From NCBI RefSeq assembly GCF_036321535.1, contig NC_087436.1:110920001-110984000 (forward strand): a stretch of DNA of 64,000 bases, given 5' to 3'. Position 1 is the first letter of the stretch, and every line of letters starts with the position of its first letter. The stretch is from Camelus dromedarius (Eukaryota). This document shows positions 37,626 through 50,844 of the stretch, in pieces. Position numbers and translations under genes: made by a program. The notes under the pieces are model-generated. The model had not been told where the DNA came from, did not search any database, and was given only the letters and a program-made list of their open reading frames with translations.

Positions 37626-38789
37626 CCAGGTAAGGCAGGAGAACGCTTGCTTCAGGGGTGCCTGAGAAATGCTGGTGTCACCTGCAGCTACCATAGTTGC
37701 TCAGTGAAATAAGCAGAACTGACCTCAGAAGTATGTTCATCTTGGATGGATCAGAAGGAGCATAAGGAAAGGAGGTTAGATTAGAGGGAAAGGGCACTGA
37801 TGGGAATTGGGAAGAACATCAAAAACAGACTTTACCTTCTTCACAGTCTCTGCCTTGGACTAACCAAGATGGTAAACAGCAGTATTGTAGGGGCAGCATG
37901 AACAAATGTTAAGTATTTTTACTACATTATTCTGCCCTCAGAAAAATAATTAATATTAATTTTGATGCAAGAAATGTATTGATTATGCTTGGTTTTTCTA
38001 AAAACCTTGGCTTAACACTTCACAACATAGCAATTTAAAGGTTGCTTCTAAGTTCAATTTATTTCAATATTTGGCTTTAACGGATTTATAGCTGTTTTTA
38101 TAGCTAGAAAATAGCTTACAAAGACACAATACATACAACAGTAAACAAACAGGACAAAGTTTAATAACAATAGTGGATGAGATTCATACTTCAATTCATA
38201 GTAACTGTTTCAAGTGTTCTGGCCAAATTCTGATCTGATTAAATCACTGTTTCATTATTGCAAAGTGACAAACAACTTTTACTAGAAGGGAGGGGATGCT
38301 TTCCTGTCCTTTCAAGTTGAATTATTAAAATTCTCTTTGATAATGTGGTTTAATTACAGGAACATTTTTTAAAATTTTTTCCATTTTTTGGAAGTTGGCT
38401 TCATTACAGCCTGATAATATAAGCTATGAAATTTCTTACCCAGACAAAAACTGGAATAGACCACATTCCACTGGAAGTGAACAAGCTAGTGCCCCAGGTC
38501 AGTACCACTGTCCACTTTCTCCTTTGTGAAGCTTCCACATTTTCCCTCAATACCAAACATACTGTTTATGAATAAAGCCAGCATGAACCAACAGAGAGCA
38601 CCACTGTCCATTGGCATGGTTAAAAATTAGTAAAGCTAATTTTTCTTATTACTAGATGAAATTAGTATCTGCGAGTTCTAATATTTCTTCTTGCACCCCA
38701 CTTTAGAAATCACTGTCCTAGGGAAAGAACTTGTTATATTTTAGAGAAAAAAAATCTCAGTACAACATAGTGCAATTCATAGTTTTCAA

Positions 38790-40410
38790 AGCACTTCAGT
38801 GTCTACAAAGATTTGTCAGCACTCACTGTCTCCACTCCTAACCATCCATTCAGTCCTTACCTCCTTCCAAACACCCTTCCACATTCCTTCCACCTTTCTG
38901 AGGAAAGCCTCCTTCTGATGGAAAAAAAAAAAAGAAAAAAAAGGTACTTCTTAGTCTTTATCTGTCTCAGTTCCTCTTCCATTGTGAATATGGTTACCAT
39001 GCCTTCTTTCTTTTCTTTTTTTTCTTCACAGCGTATGGAGGTATAATTTACTTACCATAAAATTCATCCATTTTAAGTGCAAAATTCAATTCTTTTTAGT
39101 AAATTTACAGAATCATGCAATATCACAACAGTCCAATTTTAAAACACGTCCATTATTCCAAAAATACCTACGCGCCCATTTATGCCTTTTTTTCTTAAAA
39201 ACAGCCTTTGATTTGGTCCTCAGACAGCACATTCTTAATTTCCCTATTATCTTTTTTCCCATTCTAGCCCAGCCTCCTTGGCCTTTCCCTCCTACTCTAC
39301 GTAACCCTTAAGTATTGATATTCCTTACAGCCTAGGTCCGGGTCTTCTCTTCTTACTCTACACTCTTTCCCCAAGTCACCTCATCCATTCCCTGACTTTA
39401 ATGATCATCTCTCCTACAGCAAACTCAATTCTCCATCCAGTCCGCTTTTCTGAGCTCTAAACCTTTGTGTGTCCACTGCGTACCTACTGTCGTACCTACT
39501 GGATGTCCCACAGCCATCTTCAGCTTAGCGTGTCTGAAAATGAACTTAGTATTTTCTGTCTACCTCCAACCTTTTCCTCTTCCAGTGTCTCTTCTATCAA
39601 TAAAGACACCACTAACATCTTTCACTCAGCAGCTCGTACCAGAAAACTTAGGCATTATCCTTAACGCCTCTCCCCCTACCCCATCATACCCTCTGCATCC
39701 CTTCTCCCCATCTCCATGGTCACCACCCCAGCCCCAAAGCACCAGCATTTCTCACCTGCACAACTACTGAAGCCTCCCACTGGTTTCCCTGCATCCACTC
39801 TGGACCCCTTCCACACTTTTTCCACAGTGCTCTCAGAGTCAAATAAAAAGTGAATATAATTCAGATCTACTTAAAATGTTTCAATGGTTTCTATCACCTT
39901 TATGATATATTCAGAAACCTTCCTAATAGTCTACATAGCCCTGCACCGTTGGATTCCTAACAATCCCCCAAGTTCACAGGTACCCCTTTCACTCTTGCCA
40001 ACTGAAATCCCACCACAGCATTAGGGTACCAAACTCCTCTCAGTGCAGGTTACTTCCTCTTCTTGAAACGTTCTCTTGTGGGTCTCCCCACCTCTCACTT
40101 TTACTCTTCCTCAAGTCTTATACATTTTTCCAAGAGAAACTTCCTTCTCTGACTCCACATTCTTGGTCAGTTTCCCTAAAATCGTCTCTCACAGTACACT
40201 GTTGTTGTTTAATTTGTTTTTTTTTTTTTTCACTTGGTAGCATTGATCACAACTATAATTAAATAACAAGTTATATTATTTAAGATCTGTTTTCCTCCCT
40301 AGACTGTAATCTCCAAGAGGGCAGGGACAATGTCAAATTTGCTTAATGGCTAATACCCTTAGGAAGTGGCTCAGTGTCTAACATAGGAGGCACTCAGTAA
40401 ATATTTGTCC
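38790..40410 (+). mobile_element. Long L2 remnant with a short antisense L1 piece at ~39010-39190
   Basis: 'tcttctcttcttactctacactctttcccc', 'tggatgtcccacagccatcttcagc' and terminal 'ctagactgtaatctccaagagggcagggac...taggaggcactcagtaaatatttg'. Confidence 0.8.
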
Positions 40411-43400
40411 AAGGACTGCGTGATTTCATTTAGTCCTCATAATAATTCTGAAAGGTAACCAAGATAATTTGCAAAGCATAGGTTCAGAAACTATGACGCA
40501 GAGAAGGTAGTTAACCAGCCCCAGATCAATCACAGAGGATTTTAGAAGCATAAATAGAATAATGCATGGAGCAACTTGGAATACTTGCTTAATCAAAGCT
40601 GAGTCATGATTAATGATACTCCTTATCATTAATATTGTTCAGCTTTTAAACAAGTCTTCCAGCCAAAGAACAAAAGCAGTTAGTCAGCCTAAAGAAACAG
40701 AGTTACAACTACACATTTAATTTCTAACTCTCAAACAATGCTTGTGAGGTAGAATTTAACATATACTAAATTACTTTCTCTCAGGAAAGCCTAAAGCACG
40801 GCCGGTCTATTATTTGTACACACCATGTAAAGATGACTGATAAAAGAAACCCATGGCTTCTCCCACTCGTGTACTCATTCACCACACACTGAATAAACTG
40901 CTGCGAATCACTGACTCATTGGATACTAGACAGTACTGGTTGCCATGGTAGATTGTACCACACCTAATACACACTTTATAAATGTTTGTTGATTGGATAT
41001 AGAAGTGAGCCAACTTTCTGATTCAAATTTTAAAGGTAGCTTATATTTCAATATAAAAATTTTTTTCTTTTACACGGAACTTCTTGAGCCTCCCTGTATC
41101 TAGGGCTTTGCGTGAACTAGCTCTTTAATGGCACCACACCACCTGTACTACACAACTTTGCCAGATCTCTCGAGAAAGAAGAAAAATAAGGCTTTGGAAT
41201 AAGATGAGAAAGTATCATAGACACAAGAATCTTTTCCAATAAGCATACAAACAACTAACCAATTAGTCAATAAAAAAATTAAGAAATAAAAGCAATGGGT
41301 ATTATTCAACAAATACCTAAATTGAGTACCTGCTCTTTGCCACACAGCATTGATAATGACACCCACATTTGTATAGTTCTTCAGAGTTTACAAAACGCTA
41401 ACACCTACCTTTCCTGGTCCCTCTCTGCAGTGAACTCTAACACTCTAACCTGTGATCTCAGTCACTTAGTTTCTGACCCAACTCATCAGCAAACATAGGG
41501 AGAGTGGATTCGTTCTATGAGTTTAGTGTCCAGTGAACTAAAATAAGTCCTGGACTCTCATAAGCCCATGGAGCCCTGGCATTGTCCTAACACTTTTGGG
41601 AGTAACCACACAACTTGTTCTCGCAGGTTCCGAATAGGACACTGGTTCTTGCATTAGATCTGGGGCCCTGCCTGAACCCCATCCAAATCAAGCCCTGATG
41701 ACCACAGTAACACTTGCTGGCCCCTTCTCAATGAGGCTGAGATCATATCTGTGAAATTTCCCCCTAAAGCAGACCACAGCAAGCAAGGCACCAAGCAAGG
41801 CACCAATCCAGCGGGTCAGCTGCTAGATTAGACGGCAGGACTAGACGAGGCCTGATCAGCCTCTGCAGGACGCCAAGGTTATCAGAAGTGACGGAGAGAA
41901 AAAGCCGAGTGTCCACCCGACAGGCCAAATCTTAAACCCAGGCCAAGGATTTTACTTACAACCAACAACGTCAGAGGACACAAAAATATCGGGAAGACAG
42001 CCAATGCAAGAAAACAGTCTGAGTCAAGGATCAGAGTGGGTGAGAAGCAAAAAATTTCAAGGATTTAATTTTGAGGTCTCATCTTATAGAACTGAGTTAG
42101 TGAATGGCTGGATTCAAGGCACAGGAATAAGCAGACACTGGAGCTTGCAAACAAAAGAAAACTAAAACAAGTCCTTTAACAAGATAAAAGTATATTACTC
42201 CCATTATACAGGTAGGAAACTGAGTCTTCAAAGCTCAAGTGATTTGCCCAAAGGAGAACCCTGGTCAAGGGGCAAGCCGCACTCAGCACCAAACATAATG
42301 TCTGACTTCTGAAAGTATTTTATAAATGTCTGTTGACTTAATATAAGAATAAGCCAAAACTTGAACCCTTGATTTTCTGATTCACGCTCGACATGTACGA
42401 ATATGAAATAACTCTTGAGCTTTACCATAATAAGGTTTTACATAAACTAGCTATTGACTGGTATTATCTACTATTCCATCCTGCCTCCATTAGTGCTAAA
42501 GGAAAGCCAAATAACTCATAATTAGAGTTAGTCTAATGCAAGTCAGTTTTTTAGAAACAAATTTTAAAGGTGAAACATGTATCTTCAGAGAGGTCTACCC
42601 TCACAGTAGCAATAAGCAAAACACATGAAAATGAAAGCGATTTATTTACATGTTCTTCAGAGAAACCAAATTTGCCCCGACGGAGAAGCTTACTTCTGTA
42701 GCCCACAGGCAAAAATCACAGCGGACACAATAGTGCAGACGAAAGTGACACCCCTGTGATGATAGCTTCTGCAGGGCGTACTCCTCTCTCAGCTCTCTTC
42801 TGTCTCTAGGGTATCTGCTCAAAGTCAGGGATGGAGAGTACCTATATGTTAATGTGTTGAAGATATTAATAATAAACATTTGTTTTGAACTCTATTTTAA
42901 AAGAATAATGAGACTTTCAGATCGAGAGCTCACTCACTGGAAACCTGTTTGTGAATATGCAGGTTAATCATTGAGCCACCCCATGAACTTACCAGGCACT
43001 ATATAGGAGGAACATGTGACTACAGTTTGCCTTTTCTGCCTCTGTGTTACTTAGCTAATAGCACAGGTCTGGGAGTACAGTCTTGTAAATGGTAGAATAA
43101 AATATACAAAGTTACAATAGGACAAGTCAAAAATGTCAACAGATGGAGACATAAAAGGTTAAGGTTGACATTCTTTCTTTAAAGTCATTGTGATGGGATG
43201 AGGGTAAGGAAATGTCAAGCAGAAGGGAGGTAAAACAAATGAAATTCACCACAGTAAGCTGGCTTATGTCAAAATCTCAAAGGTGATGAGAAAGGCTTTT
43301 CAAGTCTAAGTAAAGATGGGAAAATACCAATAACTATGCCTTCTATTTATCACCTTTCAGTCGCTAGAGACATTTTACAAACCCTAACTCATGAATCCTC

Positions 43401-43796
43401 ACAGCATGGCTGTTGAGTCAAGAGGATGACAACTGGTCTACCTCATTTCACAGAAAAATGATGAGACCCAGGTGATGGTCCCTGCAGGATGACCAGGGAA
43501 GACATCCAAGCAGTAGCTAACAATTCTAAAATCCAGACACTAAACCCACAGAAACAAAAGAAATTGACTAGTATAGTTCAACCTGAAGTCCTAAGATTAG
43601 GAAGTCATTCTAATTAGCTATTAGACTGGACTATGATTCTTTGGTGCTAATGAGAATTTTTTCTTTTTGAAAAGAATCTTGATGCCATCAGTAATAGTAA
43701 GCCTGGAACCAGAGCTTTAAGATCATATGTCATTAGATGCTAAAGATAAGGTCCATGTATTGTATTACCCTGTACCTATACACCCTCAGGGAGCCT

Positions 43797-44075
43797 GTAC
43801 TGTTGTTCCAAGTATTTGCTGCTACTCTCTGAAGGAGACTGAAATCAGACTTGGTCTCGTGACTTGCGTTGCCCTCTCTGTGAGAAGTTTAAATATCCCT
43901 AGCCTGTTGAGGTCAGGCTTGACCATGTAACTGCCTTTGGCCAATGAAATGTAAGCAAAAGTCACATTTGGCACTTTTGAAAAGAAGTTTTAAGAATTAA
44001 CACACGGTTAGTCACGCATATTTCCCCTTTGCCTACAGACTGCAAAGCTGCAGAGAGAGGCTGCTCCATCAGCTC
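43797..44075 (+). mobile_element. MLT1I/J-like LTR fragment
   Basis: 'gtcaggcttgaccatgtaactgcctttggccaatgaaatgtaagcaaaagt' and 'gaggctgctccatcagc'. Confidence 0.7.
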
Positions 44076-44539
44076 TTCAGAGTCACACAGCTGGGGGTGG
44101 ACAGAGCTGAGATTCGAACCCAGGCATTTGAGCTCCAGCACATACACTCTTAATCTTTATTCCATACTTTCACCATGGTGATAGTGTGGCCTAAAAGAGT
44201 CACGGTGAGTTTTTCAGGAGAAACTCTATAATCAGCCACTTCTTTAGGCATTTAGAGAATCTGGCTGAGGCTTAGAAAGGTAGTAATTAATTAAATGTTT
44301 TTTTCTGTGTATATGTTTGTTTGAGGTCTTTATGCAAGAAGTATATTTTTCATGTTAGGAAGAAACCTATTTCTACTAAGAATGACGTGACCGACTCTTT
44401 GTCTAATAGGCTAATACCTGCCCTCAAGGATTTCAGTTACAGCTCTTCATTCCCAGCAATAAGCTGGACAAGTGACAAGTCCCTAGTTTCAGCCTCCTCT
44501 TTGTATGGCCTTTTAACAGTGCTTGCTCTTCCCAGTAGT

Positions 44540-45610
44540 TATTCTTTGTTCCTCAGGCTTTTCTTCTCTGGAAACGAAGATCCAAAATACAACTTTTGAA
44601 TATAAGCCCCTACCTCCATCTGCCCCTTCCCAGGTCTTCCCCACTTCAGTAAGCAACACCTCCATTAAGCCAGTTGCTCAGAACCCAAATGTGGGGTCAT
44701 TCTTGACTCCTGTCTTTCACTCACACCCTTCATTTTAATTCTTCAGCATATACTGTCACTCCGTCTCCAAAATCTATTCCTACACTCTGCTGCGTAACCT
44801 ACCACTAATCTCAAACTCTGAGCCAGTATCAACACTCCCAGGACTATAGCAAGAGACTCCTAACTGGCTCCTTGCTTCCACTCTTGGCATCCTACAAACT
44901 GTTCTCCATGGAGAAGTCAGAGTGATCCTTCAAAAAGATAAATGGGATCGTGCCACTCTCCTCCTCATAACCACCCAAGAGCTTCCATCTAGTGGTATCC
45001 TGGTCAATGCTTAATAGCCTGTGTGAAGCCACCAAACACAAGGTTGGGAAGAGATGCTAACAGTCTGATCTCATGAGTAGTGCAAACACGCTCCAAGACA
45101 TCACTGTTCCCATCACACTTAAAAAAAAAATCCAGAGTTCTTACTATGAATTCAAAGCCCTACGTGACCTGTCCTACATGACCTGTCCCTCAGATCTTAC
45201 TACTCTTCTTGTTTACTGTCCTCCAGACACTATGGTCTCTTTGTTATTAGTCAAATATTCCAAGCATATGCCCATCTCAGTGAATGTTCCTCCCACAAAT
45301 ATTCACAGGACTCCCATCCTCATTTTATTCAGGTCTTGGTTGAAATGTTGCTTCCTTAGTACCCTCTGTGAAACAAGAACCTTCCCTCTCTATTCCCTTG
45401 CCCTTGACAGTTTTTGTCGCTGTGTAACATACTATTAAAATTATATTTATGTATCCAAGGGAATATAAGCTCCTTGCAGGAAAGGACAATGCCTTGTTCA
45501 CTGCCATGTCCTCAGCATCCAGAACAGTCCCGAGCACATGATTGATGCTCTGTAAGTATCTATTGATTAAATGAATATACAAATGAATGAAGCAACCAAT
45601 AAATGAATCA
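44540..45610 (+). mobile_element. L2 remnant
   Basis: 'ctcctaactggctccttgcttccactcttg' and terminal 'cagaacagtcccgagcacatgattgatgctctgtaagtatctattgattaaatgaat'. Confidence 0.8.
44990..45106. mobile_element. Miniature MER63-like hAT element inserted in the L2
   Basis: Termini 'tagtggtatcctgg' and 'ccaagacatcactg', with degenerate 8-bp TSD cttccatc/ttcccatc. Confidence 0.5.
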
Positions 45611-46069
45611 ACAAATAGGATTTTTCAAAATAAAAAGACAGGAGTATGACTAGTGAAGAGGAGTATGGGGCAAGGACCAAGTGTCTTTTGAGTCCTAACT
45701 GAATCCCTAAATAGCAGTGAAACCCAAGTTATTTGTGTTCTGGTTTGTCAAGTGGAGGGTAAAAAACAATTAAATGACAGAGATGATGACTGAATGCAAA
45801 AATAAAGTGTAAAAATATTAGGCAAGTTTTAGTAACAAATAAGGAGCTGGGGTGGAGTCGTTACAAAGAAAGAAAAGAGTAAGGACAAATTAAGCATAAC
45901 CTTGGTCCAGTAGAGAAAGTCCATGAGTGGTTGTCAGGATTGTCAGACACTAATCCAAATACTGCCACTGACACGCTAAGTCATCTCACCCAAGGAATCT
46001 CACTTAATTTTCTATTCTATATTAAGAATCTGTAATAAGAGAGGATGGGATGTCATAGATTTTCAGGGC

Positions 46070-46800
46070 CATCTTTATTGCTAAGATCATATGGTTGCAT
46101 GCAACAGAAACCAATTCTGGCTACTTTAGGCAGTAAAGACGTTTATAAAAGAGGTGTTGGGTATCTCTCTCAGAATCAAAGGGAAGGATGGAGAACCAGG
46201 ACTAGGGAAGCACAAGAAGTATGGTGGGTCTGAATGTCTCAAGGCAAGAACACAGTAATAGTAGTACCAGTATTAGAAGCTGCAGTTATCATGTTTACTG
46301 TATTTAATACATACCAGCCACATCCTAAAACCTTTAGATATTCTAACTCATTTAGTTCTTATTACAACCCTGTGAATTAGGAACTATAATGACTCCATCA
46401 TCGAGATAAGGAAATGTGGCATAAAGAGGTTAAGACCCTAGCTATGGTCACTTACCTAGAAAGGGCTTTGAACCCAGGGTACCTGGCTCTCGAGTCTCTG
46501 CTTTAGCCACTCAGGGTACTATGACCTCTGAGATGGACAGTCACTTCAGGGCTCCAAGTGACTCCAACAACTTTCCTGCCTTTGTGTTATTTCACCAGGA
46601 TTCAAAGTCCTGAAAAAAGAGGTGCACAACTGGAATTGTTTAGGTCTCATGCCCTTGGCTAAGGGAAGGCATATCACTTTTCTGACAGTACTCCAAGACT
46701 GCACAGAAAAGAGCAAAAGGAATTCACTTAAAGGGAACCAGGGTGGCAGCACCCAGAGTGAAGGGAATGGATCTTGTTTAGCTAAGTCTCTAGCACACCA
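46070..46800 (-). mobile_element. Old MLT1 LTR pieces flanking a MIR (~46275-46510)
   Basis: 'ggttgcatgcaacagaaaccaattctggctactttag' and 'attgtttaggtctcatgcccttgg'; MIR core 'ccatcatcgagataaggaaatgtggcataaagaggttaag'. Confidence 0.6.
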
Positions 46801-48570
46801 TTTCATTCAGTCTTCTAGTCAAGCTTTCTAAGTTTCCCAGGATCCCTCTCCCTCTATTGTGTGACTGTGATTTTCATAAAATCTCTAAGAGTCAGGCAAG
46901 AACAAGCACAGGACACTAATGTAGTTTATTAAAAGAAAAAAAAAAAGAAGAAGAAAGAAAATTGAGGACTATTTCCTGACCTTTCAGTGTGTATCAGAGC
47001 ATTGTGCTAACAGCTTTGCACATAATCTCATTTCACTCTCTCAATGTTATGAGATAGATGGGACCCTGAAGGTTAGAAAGATCTAGTGATTTGTCCAAGG
47101 TCACATAGCCAGCAGAGCTGATACTCAAACTCCAATTTGTTAGATTAAATTTTTAATTTTTTAATTTATAAGATATTAAGTTATGTTTGGCTGTACAAAA
47201 ATTGGAGTGGTCCTTTTGGAGATGGAAAAACAATTCTAAGTATACATAAATGCAAATTATTTTATAATAAAAATCTGAGATTAAAATAAACCATAAATGT
47301 GAAACTACCTTTAAAGCTAAAAGCACCAATTAGATTGAATGTATCATGTTATAATTAGATAAGGATATTAAAATTACATATTGATTGTATTGACCCAGTA
47401 AAGTAACAAAAAGAATTGCTCATATAATAAAGCATCGTAACCTTGAACTTTCTTTATAATTATGCATTTTAGGTGCTGACAGTTCTATGATCTCCAGCCC
47501 AGGGAAGGAGGAAGGAGGGGGAAATGGAGAAGACAACTGAGAAGGGAAAAAGGTTGAATGTTAATGATGCCTGTTGATGCTGCCTTTCAGTTGCCCTCGA
47601 ATAAAGTAAGTTGTCCATACAATTTAACCCTCCATTTCCCTTGCAAGGAAAAAGATCATTTCACTTCTAGAGAAGATTCTGCCATCAATAACAAACAATT
47701 CACTGTTACTTCAAATCTTTTTTTTTTAATGAAGGGGAGGATAATGAAGGAAATTTTCTTTCTTCTCAAAACATAGTAGACACCAAAATGAAAGATTATA
47801 ATTAGTCTTACAGATCCACACATTTATCTATTTTTGAATGGGGGGAGGGTAGGGACTGGCTATGTCTACATACACAGAATCTATACAATATACAGAATAG
47901 AAACAAGTAGGCTAGGACTTTTAGCCACAGATAGAAACTGCAGGTGATCCAGGTTAAGCTATTAACTAATTACATGACTCTGGGCATGTCACTTGATTTC
48001 TCTTTGCCCTTAGGTCCACTCCCCTGGTTGGGCACTACACAGAAATTCCCTAAAAACCAGATGTTACATCAAAGGCAATATTTCCTGGAGGCCAGCCTTG
48101 CTGACTTCTTTAAAAGGCACTAAATTTAGAAGTAGCATGCAAATAACACTGCTCAGATTAAACTCGCTTATTAGTGGTCCAGATGATAATCAAAGGCAAA
48201 CAGATGGTCGCTTAATGAATGTTATTGGAAGGAAGTCATCTTTAAATATAGGATTTGTGTGAAAAGTTTAGCTTTTTCTTACAAGTTATTTTGATGATTA
48301 TGTTCGAATGTTGGCATCTCTTTTCAGAATATAACTTTGTGGAGTTTCATAGACATGTTGAGCAAGATCAAAGCTTTGGAGAGCCAAGGGAAGGTTTCTC
48401 CAAGTCTAATAAGCAAAATTATGCAGTTAAAATGGAGCTAGAAAACCTTAACGGAAAGTACACAGTTATCAAGAGGCAGAGCATGTATCTTAAGGAATCA
48501 GCGATGCCAAGTATACCTTGCTTTTTAGAAATCTGATCAATCTATACCAGTGCCAAAATAGGAAATGTTG

Positions 48571-48574
<4 letters not shown>

Positions 48575-48624
<50 letters not shown>
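48575..48624. repeat. (AT)n(AC)n compound microsatellite
   Basis: Seen directly. Confidence 0.95.
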
Positions 48625-49162
48625 GCATATATAATTCCTTGACCCAGAGTACGCTAACATATTGAAAGCAGGAGTTGATTTATTTGTTTTTTTCCTAGAA
48701 ACATGCTACCCCCTTTGCTCAGCAAAAGTATGGTTATTGGCTATATCTCATTCCCTTCTATACAGAGAAAAGAATTGCAAACTATATCCTAAAACAGGTT
48801 TCCACATGACTACTGGAGACTCTGAACCAGAATCGACTTATGTTATTGATGTTAACTAATGTTAATAACACAACTCATGTTAATTGAATATTTATAAAAT
48901 TCTGTTAGGCACTTTTTTACAGAAGATGTTTGTCAAAACAAAACAAAGCTACACACACCAGTTTTCCTGATACAACTAGGGAAGTTTACCTACAACTACA
49001 GTTGATAGAGGCACAACTCTACAAGGCTATGTATTACTCAGGGTCCATTCAAGATACAGAAACCACACTAGTTAAATGAACAGAGAGAAATGAATGTGAA
49101 GTATTCTTAATTAGATATAAATTGTTAACTAGGAACCAAAGGAGTAAAAGGAGAATTCTACT

Positions 49163-49358
49163 TAGAGGTGGGCTGCTAAGTGTTTACAACCAGCTCTCTG
49201 GTTGGGGAAATCTGATTTATGGCATTTGCTAGTTTCCGTGGTGTAAATACTCCCACAGTGGCAGATTTCCAGCTACCAGCAGTTTAACAACTGACTTGCA
49301 AAATTCCTGAAAATTTGACAAAAAATCCGGCAAGCCAGTATAGGCTGGCTCCAGCACA
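49163..49358. mobile_element. MER63A-like hAT-Blackjack element
   Basis: 'atttgctagtttccgtggtgtaaatactcccacagtggcagatttccagctacc...gcaaaattcctgaaaatttgac...ggctggctccagcaca'. Confidence 0.8.
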
Positions 49359-49464
49359 GAGGGAGCAACTGCAGGAAACAGCTAACAACCTGAGGGCTGA
49401 GGAACAAAGAGAAGAGGCTAGAATTATTGAAACTTAGAAGCTTGGAGGAGGAACCCTGCAGAGT

Positions 49465-50224
49465 GGGCCAGCCCCTGCTCCAAGGAAACCGCATGCAACC
49501 GAAATGCAGATTTGTCAGAGGAGATGTGGGAGGGCTCGGTAGAGTGTGCTACTCAGTTGTTGGAGAAATATAAACACTGAGAACATTGTGGCCCATGTTA
49601 AGAAGGAGTTTAACAAGAAGTACAACCCCACTTGGCACTGCATCACAGGAGAAACTTCTATAGTAAGCTGACACCTGAAACCAAACCCTTGACTTTCTTC
49701 TCCCCAACCAAGTGGCCATTCTTCTCTGCAGATCTGGTTAGAAGCAAGGAGTGTGCCACACACCCAGTGACCTATCCAGAATCAAGGACTTCAGCCTAAA
49801 TTCCAAATACCAGAGACTGAGATCTTCAGCCACGCCTGAAGGAACATCTCCATCTTTGAACTTTTATTGTGCTGCTTTAAACAGGGCATTCTCTGACTAA
49901 TAGCTGTAAAACAATTAGCAAAGCAGCTTACATTTGGTTTTTTTGGTGTTTTTTTTTCTATCCCCCATTTTATTTTATTTTTTTTCCAGAAGCAGTAATT
50001 AAGTTTATTTATTTATGTATGTTTTTTAAGTAATGGTACTGGGGATTGAACCCAGGACTTCATCCATGCTAAGCATGTGCTCTACCACTGAGCTATACCC
50101 TCCCCATTATTCCTCATGTTGTTTCTCCTCAAAATCCTCAAAATCCATTCCTTTCCAAAATAAATTTAAAAAAAAAATCTGTTGGAGAAGTGTGGCAAAT
50201 AAATACATACATACATACATTAAA
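49465..50224 (+). pseudogene. DYNLL1: Processed pseudogene of dynein light chain LC8 (DYNLL1)
   Basis: The CDS-homologous region 49491-49741 translates to ...[23 protein letters not shown]...[15 protein letters not shown]...QVAILL..SG*. It has a lost ATG, a deletion of the KAVIK codons, stops and frameshifts, and no intron. The 3' UTR 'tgtgccacacacccagtga...gcctaaattccaaataccagagactga' resembles DYNLL1 rather than DYNLL2, and it ends in AATAAA and a decayed tail. Confidence 0.93.
49967..50105 (-). mobile_element. tRNA-derived SINE (Vic-1-like) inserted in the DYNLL1 pseudogene 3' UTR
   Basis: 'ggtactggggattgaacccaggacttcatccatgctaagcatgtgctctaccactgagctataccctcccc', with a T-rich tail on its left. 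Confidence 0.9.
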
Positions 50225-50555
50225 AGGAGGTGTGACTGGTGCCCGTGACAGGTGGAGCACAATTCTTGACAGTGTCAGAGTAACTGCAGACTGGATTCAA
50301 CTCGGACTTGGGAAAGTAACTGCCACTGCGGGGTGGAAAAGCATTGCTCGAGCGCAGCTTGCGCGAACTGGGAGTGATCAGAAACCCCCAGGCAGCAGGC
50401 AGGAAGGAGCACGCCCTTCCTCCTCCAGCCTCTCAGTCTCCCTCCAGCGCCCCCCGATGGAAGAGGAACAGGGAACCGCGCCAAAGCCGGATACAGTTTA
50501 CCTAGTCCCAGCCCCCACCAACATTGCTGAGCTGAATCTAGAAAGGATGGCTTGG

Positions 50556-50716
50556 CAGGGAGGGTACAGCTCAGTGGAAGAGTTCATGCTTAATACATAC
50601 GAGGTCTTCAGTTCAATCCCCAGTACCTCCATCCAAAAAGTAAATAAATAAGTAAACCTAATTACCTCCCCCTGGAAAATAAATAAATAAATGTAAGTAA
50701 ACATTAAAAAAAAAAA
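50556..50716 (+). mobile_element. tRNA-derived SINE (Vic-1-like)
   Basis: 'gggagggtacagctcagtggaagagttcatgcttaatacatacgaggtcttcagttcaatccccagtacctcc', with 17-bp TSD tagaaaggatgg(c/t)ttgg at 50539-50555 and 50717-50733. Confidence 0.9.
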
Positions 50717-50844
50717 TAGAAAGGATGGTTTGGAGATGAAAGGGCAATAGTTTAATAACTGGCACAGTTATAATCAGAATAATCCTTTACACTTGTAGAA
50801 CTCTTTACAATGTGCAAAGCTTTCTGAAAAAAAACTTATTTGAA

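Larger units (their letters stand above)
49030..50766 (-). mobile_element. ERVL-type LTR (LTR52/LTR41-like) fragmented by nested insertions
   Basis: 'tgtattactcagggtccattcaagatacagaaaccacactagtta', 'gagcaactgcaggaaacagctaacaacctgagggctgaggaacaaag', 'cctcctccagcctctcagtctccctccagcgccccc' and terminal 'aataactggcaca'. Confidence 0.65.

Noticed and set aside
41450..42100. Moderately CpG-containing block that may be an ancient LTR or regulatory element
   Set aside because: I could not assign a family, termini or TSD from the sequence alone.
50190..50651. 153-aa ORF
   Set aside because: It spans the pseudogene tail, LTR and SINE sequence; a chance ORF.
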